DNA from: a virus
Lineage: Duplodnaviria; Caudoviricetes
Strand: one strand, 5' to 3'
Length of the DNA stretch: 64,000 nucleotides
IMG/VR virus record: IMGVR_UViG_3300032038_000060
Coordinates: 8,820-72,819 of that record
The position numbers and the translations under genes were made by a program. Every line of letters begins with the position of its first letter. Position 1 is the first letter of the stretch. The notes below the pieces were generated by a model. The model had not been told where the DNA came from. It saw nothing but the letters and a program-made list of their open reading frames with translations, and did not search any database. Below are positions 35,189 through 43,085 of this stretch, in pieces.

Positions 35189-36397
35189 ATGTTTATTACA
35201 AGAGAAAGTGAAATCATATCGCTCATGCCAACGGCACGATGGAAAAAACCGGAACAGCTGAAAGGTTATCTGGAGGAAGAGGAACGTGTTGCACTCGAAC
35301 CATTACTTGGCACTCCCCTGTATGAATATCTGTGTGAAGAATACGAAAGGCTTATAGGTGTATATGGCGATATCACTTCTTCAACGATAACGCCGACAAA
35401 GAAGGCAAAGGATGATCCAGAAGTACCGTATGTTGACGTTACGGAAATTCACGAGAATACTCGTCGTAAAGATGCACACGTTCCATGTGCAATATGCGAA
35501 GACACATTCTCTGAGGTCCCGGATAAAGATATGGTTACAATCTGCCTTCTCCGCATCTGCCAGCGCATCGAGTTTTATAAGATGCTTTCGCACAAGGCTG
35601 GTCTGCTGGCTGTCAGCTTCAATGAGGGTGGCGGCATGAACGTTGTCAGTGCCGATGGCTACGACCCTGCGTCGGACAAGGACCGCGACGAAGCAAGAAA
35701 GGATGCCTTTATGTCAGCCGGACGCGCTGTGGATGACCTGCTGATTTATCTTGAAACAGACGCAAAAGGCAAAAAGTATTTTACTGAACTCTGGCAGCAG
35801 GCGGATGCTTACTACCTCCATAAGGATCTGCTGTTCCAAACGGCTCGCATCCTTAACGAATACCTTGACATCAAGGGTGATAGGATGGCATACGTGGCAT
35901 TGGTACGTGACATTCGCTTCTGTCAGAACACATACCTGAAACCACGCATAGGTAGCAAACTGCTAAAGGCGGTGGTGGAGTTTGAGAATGACGGGGCGGC
36001 TTCTCAGGATGACAGAATTACGGAATCTCGATATAACGAAATAATGACTGAATTGGCCGTTCTCCTCCGCACCGCTTTGGCATTCTACGTAGAAAGCCGA
36101 AAAGTTGAGATTGGACCTAAGCAGGAGAAGTTGGCACGCCGTGACTCCATGACCGATGCACAGCAGGCAATGGCAATGGCATGCCAGTATATCGAAGAAA
36201 ATCTCGATGACCTGGGAGATGCAGCCGTAGGCACACCTATATATAACGCGATACGTACACGCGAGGAGCAGGCAGCGAAAGACGCTGCCAGCGTTCAGGC
36301 CGCCTGTGACCGCCGCCGCAAAGAGGCGTGTGAGACAAGCCGTAAGAAACTGTTTACGGCTTTTCCGGCAACGCATAGAATACCGGAATATAAATAG
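35189..36397 (+). CDS. Virion protein, possibly a head-tail adaptor
   Basis: Start moved to the ATG at 35189 behind the late motif. Helical ~400 aa upstream of the head genes. Function from context. Confidence 0.5.
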   Translation: MFITRESEIISLMPTARWKKPEQLKGYLEEEERVALEPLLGTPLYEYLCEEYERLIGVYGDITSSTITPTKKAKDDPEVPYVDVTEIHENTRRKDAHVPCAICEDTFSEVPDKDMVTICLLRICQRIEFYKMLSHKAGLLAVSFNEGGGMNVVSADGYDPASDKDRDEARKDAFMSAGRAVDDLLIYLETDAKGKKYFTELWQQADAYYLHKDLLFQTARILNEYLDIKGDRMAYVALVRDIRFCQNTYLKPRIGSKLLKAVVEFENDGAASQDDRITESRYNEIMTELAVLLRTALAFYVESRKVEIGPKQEKLARRDSMTDAQQAMAMACQYIEENLDDLGDAAVGTPIYNAIRTREEQAAKDAASVQAACDRRRKEACETSRKKLFTAFPATHRIPEYK

Positions 36398-36409
36398 CAG
36401 AAAAAGTCT

Positions 36410-36443
36410 GCCCTTGACTGTGGCGAGGTAAAATCCTATTTTG
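36410..36443 (+). promoter_or_regulatory. Putative phage late promoter (head operon)
   Basis: GCCCTTG-N20-TATTTTG. Spacer closely resembles that of the 35064-35097 copy (both end GAGGTAAAATCC). Confidence 0.75.
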
Positions 36444-36470
36444 CAATCAAAAACACAAATACAAAAAATT

Positions 36471-36887
36471 ATGGCACAAGCAAACGTATTCTTCAAAGGC
36501 GAAGAGAAGAAGTTCGCCATCAACATCGAAGCTGCTGGCTTCAGCATGGACGATAACGACTTCGAGATCGAGGTAACTAACGGCAAGGAGAGTATCTCAG
36601 CCTTAAAGGCAGGCGAGCCTACTGCGTCAGGCATCTGGACTAACGAGGACGGTTCGCTGGTCATCTTCTACGAGGAAGAGACAGTCACCATACCTCCTGT
36701 AGAAGAAGGCGGAGAGCCTACCGCTAACACCGTTAAGAACTGGTTCGCCATCATCGACACACAATACTTTGAAAAAACAGGTGAGCTGAAGGTTATCGGA
36801 ACGGCCTACATCGTTGATTCGAAGGCTTACGACGGCGTGCGCAAGTCTATCGACGTGGCTACACTTGGAACACTAAAAAGCAAGTAA
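36471..36887 (+). CDS. Beta-rich virion protein
   Basis: FFKGEEKKFAINIEAAGFSMDDNDFEIEV. Start at the ATG at 36471. Confidence 0.7.
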   Translation: MAQANVFFKGEEKKFAINIEAAGFSMDDNDFEIEVTNGKESISALKAGEPTASGIWTNEDGSLVIFYEEETVTIPPVEEGGEPTANTVKNWFAIIDTQYFEKTGELKVIGTAYIVDSKAYDGVRKSIDVATLGTLKSK

Positions 36888-36890
36888 ACT

Positions 36891-37214
36891 ATGGGCTGCA
36901 TAAATATCACCGTAAATCCCGTTGCTCCTACCGTGCTCGGTATTACTCCACAAGAGGGTGCCAGCATGGATATGAGCCCCGTGGCCGGTGCGTCGCTCGA
37001 AGCTACTCCTGCAGAACCTGCCTTGATTGGTGTAACTCCTGCAGCGCCGTCTGCACTACAGGTTATACCGCAAAATGGCTGCACGTTAACTATCGGCGAG
37101 ATATGCAGTGTCAGTGGTGGTACTATTGTCGTACTTGCCGCAGCAGATGGGCCTCTGCGCCTAAGGGATGGAGGATATCTTCTGTTGGACCCAGAGGCAA
37201 ACCCACCTGAATAG
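36891..37214 (+). CDS. Small Pro/Ala-rich virion protein
   Basis: MGCINITV..CSVSGG..LRLRDGGYLLL. Confidence 0.65.
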   Translation: MGCINITVNPVAPTVLGITPQEGASMDMSPVAGASLEATPAEPALIGVTPAAPSALQVIPQNGCTLTIGEICSVSGGTIVVLAAADGPLRLRDGGYLLLDPEANPPE

Positions 37215-37239
37215 AAACAACACAAGAACAATAAGTAAT

Positions 37240-39210
37240 ATGAATATCGGACTATTATCAATTTTGCACAACAAAATATGGGACTTCCGCCCAGATATGG
37301 CACAGACCTATGCCAATGCGCTGAAGAATGCCATTGAGTTGCAACTTGACAATGACATCGAGAAGCAGCATGGCTACTTCCTTTCAAAGAAGGGTTATAA
37401 GGACAAGGATGGCAAGATTGTTGGTGCCAACTTCGAGGATAAGTTGTATGTCGGCAATATCTATCGTGTAGAGGATCACCTTTACTGGGACGGCGAGGAA
37501 CTGGCCGACGATGACCAGATTATTGATGTCGTTGTAGTTGACGGCCCTATCACCCGTGACGGTGGTGGCTGTTCTTATGGCTCAAAGGACTGGCGTGACC
37601 AGGTGTTATATGCTAACACTATTCCGCAGGTGGTGGGCCATCTGTTCATCATTAACACTCCAGGCGGAGAGGCTGCAGCCCGTAACGACTATGAGATGAT
37701 GATTAACGACTGCCGTGAGAAAGGTAAGCCCACTGTTGCCTTCGTGGATGGCATGTGTGCATCATCAGGCGTTAACCTTGCTTGTCGCTGTGACCGTGTG
37801 ATTGTGATGAACCCTAAGGATGAGTTTGGCTGTATCGGCACGATGGCTGCCTTTTGGGCAGTAGCTCACGATACTGTTGACCAGGACGGCTACCGCTATG
37901 TCGAACTTGTCGGCAAGGATTGTCCTGAGAAGAACGCCTGGTGGCGTGAAGCTGCCAAAGGTGAGTATGAGAAACTGCAGGCAGACCTCGACAAGGACAC
38001 AGTGGAGTTCCATCAGACTGTCCGTGAGAATCGCCCATTGGTTACTGACGATATGCTTTCAGGGAAGGTGTTCGAGGCACAGGAGGTCATCCCTGCACTC
38101 GTAGATGAGATAGGTAGCATGGAGCGTGCCATTGAATGTATCTTCGCACTTGCCAACGAGGAGATGCAGGCTGCACGCTTTATGACTGCACCAGAGCCTA
38201 ACGGAGAAGGCGGTGAACCGGAGCCCGGAAACGAACCGGAGGAACTGGCTAAGCTCAATGCACAGCAGAAGGCTGCCATCAATAAGGAAAAAGGAAATCT
38301 TACAGTTGTTGACGACGGCCATGTCTCCGCCGAGAGACAAGGAATGTTTGGTCCACACATGGAAGAAATAGCAACCCCTAAAAACGATAAAGAAATGACA
38401 GACGAAGAGAAGAAGGCCCAGGAGGCTGCAGCAGCCCAGGCCGCAGAAAAGAAAGAAGAAGCAGCACAGGCAGAAACCCAAGGGGCTGAAGCTCCCGCTG
38501 CTGATGGAACCGATGAAGGTACACAGGAAGGTGCCGGAAATGGTTCAGGCGAAGGTGCAGGCACTGAAGGTGCAGGCACTGAAGGTACTGGCGAAGGTAC
38601 TGGAGAAGGTGCTGGTACAGGAGGAACAGGCGAAGGCACTGGTTCTGAAGGTACTGGAGAAGGTGCTGGTTCCGAGGGTACTGGTTCCGAGGGTACTGGC
38701 GAAGGAACAGGTACAGAAGGGACTGGCGAAGGTGCCGGAGAGGGCGCAGGCTCTGACGGTGCAACTATCGAGAACGCTCAGGCCGAAATCGACAAGATCA
38801 GCGAGACCCTGCACAACGCAGAGCAGATGATTGCCGACAAGGACAAAGAGATTGCTGAACTGAAGGCTGCTGCCGAAGAGAAGGAGACAGACTTTAAGGC
38901 AAAGGAAGTAGCTATCGAAACACTTACAAAGGAGCGTGACGATGCTAACTCTCAACTCTCAACTCTTAACTCTCAACTCTCAGAGAAGGACGCTACTATC
39001 GAGACACTCACCAAGCAGGTCGCTGATCTTCAGGCAGAAGTCAAGGAGTTGGCGGGCAAGCCAGGCTCTATGACTAACGAGCAGGCAGGCATCCCAGCCG
39101 GCAACGGCATAGGCGACGCTCCGAAGGTACACCAGAAGCGCATCACCCGCGAGAACATGACCTACGAGCACTGTCGCGAGGTAGCCAAGGAACGCCAGGC
39201 ACAGAAGTAA
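37240..39210 (+). CDS. S49 prohead protease fused to a scaffold-like C-terminus
   Basis: INTPGGE, VAFVDGMCASSG, GCIGTM; Gly/Glu/Thr repeat linker, then a coiled coil. Confidence 0.85.
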   Translation: MNIGLLSILHNKIWDFRPDMAQTYANALKNAIELQLDNDIEKQHGYFLSKKGYKDKDGKIVGANFEDKLYVGNIYRVEDHLYWDGEELADDDQIIDVVVVDGPITRDGGGCSYGSKDWRDQVLYANTIPQVVGHLFIINTPGGEAAARNDYEMMINDCREKGKPTVAFVDGMCASSGVNLACRCDRVIVMNPKDEFGCIGTMAAFWAVAHDTVDQDGYRYVELVGKDCPEKNAWWREAAKGEYEKLQADLDKDTVEFHQTVRENRPLVTDDMLSGKVFEAQEVIPALVDEIGSMERAIECIFALANEEMQAARFMTAPEPNGEGGEPEPGNEPEELAKLNAQQKAAINKEKGNLTVVDDGHVSAERQGMFGPHMEEIATPKNDKEMTDEEKKAQEAAAAQAAEKKEEAAQAETQGAEAPAADGTDEGTQEGAGNGSGEGAGTEGAGTEGTGEGTGEGAGTGGTGEGTGSEGTGEGAGSEGTGSEGTGEGTGTEGTGEGAGEGAGSDGATIENAQAEIDKISETLHNAEQMIADKDKEIAELKAAAEEKETDFKAKEVAIETLTKERDDANSQLSTLNSQLSEKDATIETLTKQVADLQAEVKELAGKPGSMTNEQAGIPAGNGIGDAPKVHQKRITRENMTYEHCREVAKERQAQK

Positions 39211-39269
39211 CAACAGACAAACAACACAATTAACAGTTTTTATTCACTCATTCAAACACAAACACAACT

Positions 39270-40556
39270 ATGGCTTACGCACTAAACATTTCTGACATCC
39301 AGCATGTCAAAGAGCAAATCCATGAGGAACTGGTGGCCAAGGCTTACCTGCTCGACGATGCCATGTTCGGTAATCTCGGTATCATGGTGACAACAGACGT
39401 TGAGAATATCGACGTTTGTCAGATTTTCAACCGTAAGGGCCTTGTGGCACGTCCTTATCGTGTGGGCAACGTGAAGAACTCACAGCTTGCTAAGATTGTG
39501 GACAACCCTGCAAAGGTTGAGCCTTACTACATCAAGGCAGAGGACTCTATCGAGCGCTACCGTGAGAAGGGCCCATTCAACGTGGTTAACGCCGCTGACG
39601 AGGCAGTCATGTCTCGTAAGAACATGGAGGAGATTGCAGGTCGTGCCGCAGAGGACGTCCGCTTCAATATCTTCTTCGGTAACAAGGCTAACCGTAACCT
39701 GCAGGACATTCCTGCAAATCAGGTGAAGCTGGGTCTCTCTCTGTTCGATGGTTTCTACACTCTCATTGCACAGAAGCGTACAGACGGTACTATCAGCGTT
39801 GCCAACCGCAACCTGATAATGACCGGTGGTTTGACAAAGATCGTTGGCGGCAATACTGTTGCCCTGACTCCTGTAGAGGTTTACGAGTTGCTGACAAAGT
39901 TCTACGCTGCTCTTCATCCTCACATGAAGAAGCCAGAGAACAAGCTCACTATCCTCGCTTCTGACGAGTTCTGCCGCTTGGCTGTGAAGGGTTACATGCT
40001 TACCTTCCCACAGATTTCTCCGACTATCCTGGAGAATAACTGGAAGTTTGCCGAGATGCCTAACCTGACGCTGAAGACTTCAGCTGCTATGGGTACCGGC
40101 GGTCAGCTCATTGCTACCTGCCGCGAGGACATCCTGGAGTTCATCTGTGACGTTCGCGAGGGTAAGGCAAACATCCGTATCGGCCAGACCAACGACGACC
40201 TGTCAATCATTGGCTACCAGATTAACTCTGCTGCCACAACACGTATCCGTGATTACGACCCAATGTACTTCGCCTGCAACGACGCAGTCAACACTTACGA
40301 CTGGACTCCTGGTCAGTACATTGCTGACATCTTCACTGTCACCAGTGCTGACGAGAACGAGGGTACTGTTGCTATCACCAGCGGTCAGAAGGACCTTTAC
40401 GCTGACGGCGACATCATTCAGGTTACTGCTACTCCACAGACTGGCTTCAAATTCGTGGGCTGGAGCGACGGTCAGAAGAACTTCACTGACAACCCACTTA
40501 ACTACGAGTTCGGCGGCGGCGTGAAGAACCTCGTCGCACAGTTCGAGACTGCGTAG
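39270..40556 (+). CDS. Major capsid protein with a C-terminal Ig-like (InlB B-repeat type) domain
   Basis: Follows the protease; strong codon bias; FNIFFG. C-terminus GTVAIT..VTATPQTGFKFVGWSDG..LVAQF. Confidence 0.75.
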   Translation: MAYALNISDIQHVKEQIHEELVAKAYLLDDAMFGNLGIMVTTDVENIDVCQIFNRKGLVARPYRVGNVKNSQLAKIVDNPAKVEPYYIKAEDSIERYREKGPFNVVNAADEAVMSRKNMEEIAGRAAEDVRFNIFFGNKANRNLQDIPANQVKLGLSLFDGFYTLIAQKRTDGTISVANRNLIMTGGLTKIVGGNTVALTPVEVYELLTKFYAALHPHMKKPENKLTILASDEFCRLAVKGYMLTFPQISPTILENNWKFAEMPNLTLKTSAAMGTGGQLIATCREDILEFICDVREGKANIRIGQTNDDLSIIGYQINSAATTRIRDYDPMYFACNDAVNTYDWTPGQYIADIFTVTSADENEGTVAITSGQKDLYADGDIIQVTATPQTGFKFVGWSDGQKNFTDNPLNYEFGGGVKNLVAQFETA

Positions 40557-40667
40557 TTCTCTCGCATCGGAGGTGCTGCGGGGTGAGTAAGAAGGCCCCT
40601 GAAAGCCCTGCCCTCTGACTTTTCTTACTGATTATTTTTCACAACAACACAAACACAAATTAGAATT

Positions 40668-41261
40668 ATGGCTTGCAATTTTAATTCCGTCCTGAAAGGC
40701 GCAAACGCCTGTAAGGAAAACCCCGCTGGCGTATCGAACTATTGCATGATTGTTCCTTTCGCCAACGCTGTCGATATGACAAGTGAGGACGGCTTCATTG
40801 ATAGCGTGGAGATCAATGAGGAGAAGAACCAGTACAACATTATTCCAACAGGCTCTGGCACAACTTTGAAGGGCTACCGCGTGGACTTCAAGAATCAGAC
40901 TGGTCAGGTGACTTCTGAGGACAACGGTTCTGGTAAGGGTAACACCGTCACTGGTACTGGCCGTGTAGAGATAGGCATCGACGAGATGGCCGTACTCTCT
41001 CGCACACTGTCTAACCTCGACGGTAACTTCCTCGCTTTCTTCCCAACTGGTATCAAGAAGGATCCAACAGGTGGCAGTAATCCTGTCACAGAGTGGTTGG
41101 TTGTCGGCAACCCACAGGGCGACATCTCTTGGAGCCGCGCTTCCGACACGGGCGCCGCACGTCAGGACGATCACGGTGTAACTTTTACTGTTTCCTGTGA
41201 TTTCCAGGTTTATGATACCGTTAAGTTCTACGGCGAAATCAATCAGGCTGACGCTCAGTAA
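40668..41261 (+). CDS. Probable tail tube protein
   Basis: 197 aa, beta-rich, after the capsid gene; VVGNP..SDTGAARQDDHGVTFTV. Confidence 0.55.
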   Translation: MACNFNSVLKGANACKENPAGVSNYCMIVPFANAVDMTSEDGFIDSVEINEEKNQYNIIPTGSGTTLKGYRVDFKNQTGQVTSEDNGSGKGNTVTGTGRVEIGIDEMAVLSRTLSNLDGNFLAFFPTGIKKDPTGGSNPVTEWLVVGNPQGDISWSRASDTGAARQDDHGVTFTVSCDFQVYDTVKFYGEINQADAQ

Positions 41262-41282
41262 GCATCACCACAATCTTTATAA

Positions 41283-41319
41283 AACCGAGGCTCGGGCTTA
41301 GGTAGCCTGAGCCTCGGTT
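41283..41319 (+). terminator. Terminator after the tail tube gene
   Basis: AACCGAGGCTCGGGCT/AGCCTGAGCCTCGGTT long stem. Confidence 0.7.
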
Positions 41320-41362
41320 ATTAGTTTACAATTTACAGTTTATAGTTTAGAGAAATCGAGTT

Positions 41363-41968
41363 ATGCACTTGATTGAACCTTGTTGCTCACAGAGACATTT
41401 ACGAGAGTTGCGCAACGCCATTGCGAAAGGCGGCACGATGGACTTCAAGGGCTACGGCGACCTGAGTCTAACGGAGTTGCTGGGGCCACTGCTGGCACGA
41501 TACAACGGTGTAGAGATGATGATTATAGCACCGACATTACCTGACCAGGCTGCGGAGATTATTGACAGATGGATGCGCAAGAAATGGGCAAGAATGGATG
41601 GTAGGGGAGAGGTGGATGCTATCAGTCACCTTACCATCATTGCCAAACTGGAGAAGGAAAAGTCTGACTATATCTTCGCATGGCTGAAGAATAAACCTTT
41701 TGGCGACCGTCTGACGCTCATAGACATTGAGCAGGAAGATACGGCAATACTGCTGCCGGACTTTGCCATTACCGGACCTGTGAATATGCGCTATGGCAAT
41801 AACTTTGTGGCAACGGCAACGACCATGCCGGAGAAGATTAAGGAGTTGTGGGAGCGATTTCGTAATTACGAGGGCGGCGCTCGTAATAACAAAATAACGG
41901 AGTCGCGGGATATCGAAAAAAAGAAAGCCGCCACAAAGAAAAAGAGAACCCCAAAACAAAAGAAGTAG
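41363..41968 (+). CDS. Hypothetical protein (201 aa)
   Basis: Clean ORF. Confidence 0.7.
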   Translation: MHLIEPCCSQRHLRELRNAIAKGGTMDFKGYGDLSLTELLGPLLARYNGVEMMIIAPTLPDQAAEIIDRWMRKKWARMDGRGEVDAISHLTIIAKLEKEKSDYIFAWLKNKPFGDRLTLIDIEQEDTAILLPDFAITGPVNMRYGNNFVATATTMPEKIKELWERFRNYEGGARNNKITESRDIEKKKAATKKKRTPKQKK

Positions 41969-41972
41969 CGCT

Positions 41973-42473
41973 ATGACTAATTGTAAGGAATTTGTTCTCG
42001 ACGACCTTATGGCCATTACTGCCATACCCGTCAGCGATATATCAGCAGGCGACCCTGACTCGCCTGTCAACAGACTCACGCCTACCATTCCTGCAGAATA
42101 CTTCAATCCAACTATGGACAATGCCATTGTCATTGGTAGGCAGCCAGCAACGACAGACGGTGTACTCATCCCCATCAAGCGTATGTCAGGTAAGGCGAAG
42201 GACGATGTGTCTGACAGCGTGGCAGGTCGGCTGCATACAGTCAGCGTATCCTGTGAGGTTGATGACCGCGATGCAGAAGTGTGGAACCATCTGCTTACAC
42301 TGGAACGCACACCAAGTCATCTGCTGCTGATGTTTCGTGGCGGCAACAGGGCTTTCGTTCCTGTCACCGAAGATACATACCAATGCAGCGTAGAGCGTGA
42401 CGGGGCCAAGACATCCGCCAGCTTCAAAATACAATGCCTTATGGGCATGCAACTTATCGTGCCTATGAGTTGA
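41973..42473 (+). CDS. Hypothetical beta-rich protein (166 aa), possibly tail-related
   Basis: Clean ORF. A truncated paralog lies at 42915-43025. Confidence 0.7.
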   Translation: MTNCKEFVLDDLMAITAIPVSDISAGDPDSPVNRLTPTIPAEYFNPTMDNAIVIGRQPATTDGVLIPIKRMSGKAKDDVSDSVAGRLHTVSVSCEVDDRDAEVWNHLLTLERTPSHLLLMFRGGNRAFVPVTEDTYQCSVERDGAKTSASFKIQCLMGMQLIVPMS

Positions 42474-42492
42474 TTTCCATGTCGGGGTGGAA

Positions 42493-42630
42493 ATAAAAAA
42501 TCCCCCGACATTACAATAAGAAGTACCACCAACTTATTATATTAAAAGCCTAACCGCAGCTGTCGGGGGAGATAATTTCCCTTTATCGCTGTGATTAGGC
42601 TAATTATATTTATTCTAAAGTAGTGGTACT
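42493..42630 (-). ncRNA. Candidate structured small RNA with alternative pairings
   Basis: Canonical TTTG-N20-TAATTTTG at 42667-42636. Stems AGTACCAC/GTGGTACT, AGCCTAA/TTAGGCT and TCCCCCGACA/TGTCGGGGGA plus T6. Confidence 0.5.
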
Positions 42631-42677
42631 GGGTGCAAAATTAGTTATTTTATTTCAAACAAACAAATTTTTGCACG

Positions 42678-42911
42678 ATGAAAATTGTAAAAATTATCAG
42701 ATTCGGTAAAGAAGTGTTAAAAACGATGTCAGATTATGGCGTCAAAGAGGGTGACTGGAGGTACATCGACCTGTACGAGGAATACAGGGAGATGCGCCGG
42801 AAGGGTTTTAAGTACAGATTTGTCATCATGCAACTCTCCATGACACACTGCATCAGCAAATCCAAGGTAGAAAGGATAATCCGCCGCCTCGGACAGGATG
42901 TGAAATGTTAG
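42678..42911 (+). CDS. Small HTH protein (Mor/C-activator-like C-terminus)
   Basis: YIDLYEEYREM..LSMTHCISKSKVERIIRRL. Confidence 0.7.
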   Translation: MKIVKIIRFGKEVLKTMSDYGVKEGDWRYIDLYEEYREMRRKGFKYRFVIMQLSMTHCISKSKVERIIRRLGQDVKC

Positions 42912-42914
42912 TCG

Positions 42915-43025
42915 TTAGGAAACAAAAAGCCCTATATCGTACTCGGACATAGGGCTGTGGTCTGTTACCGGAATGGCGGTAATCGCCATCAGGTCGTCGA
43001 GGATAAATTCTTTACAGTTGTTCAT
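42915..43025 (-). pseudogene. Truncated 36-aa paralog of the 41973-42473 N-terminus
   Basis: MNNCKEFILDDLMAITAIPVTD versus MTNCKEFVLDDLMAITAIPVSD; differences are mostly synonymous. Confidence 0.7.
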
Positions 43026-43085
43026 ATATTATATTGTTGTTTTTTTGCGTGAAAAAGATTTATGGAAAAATATAAAAGAATAAAA

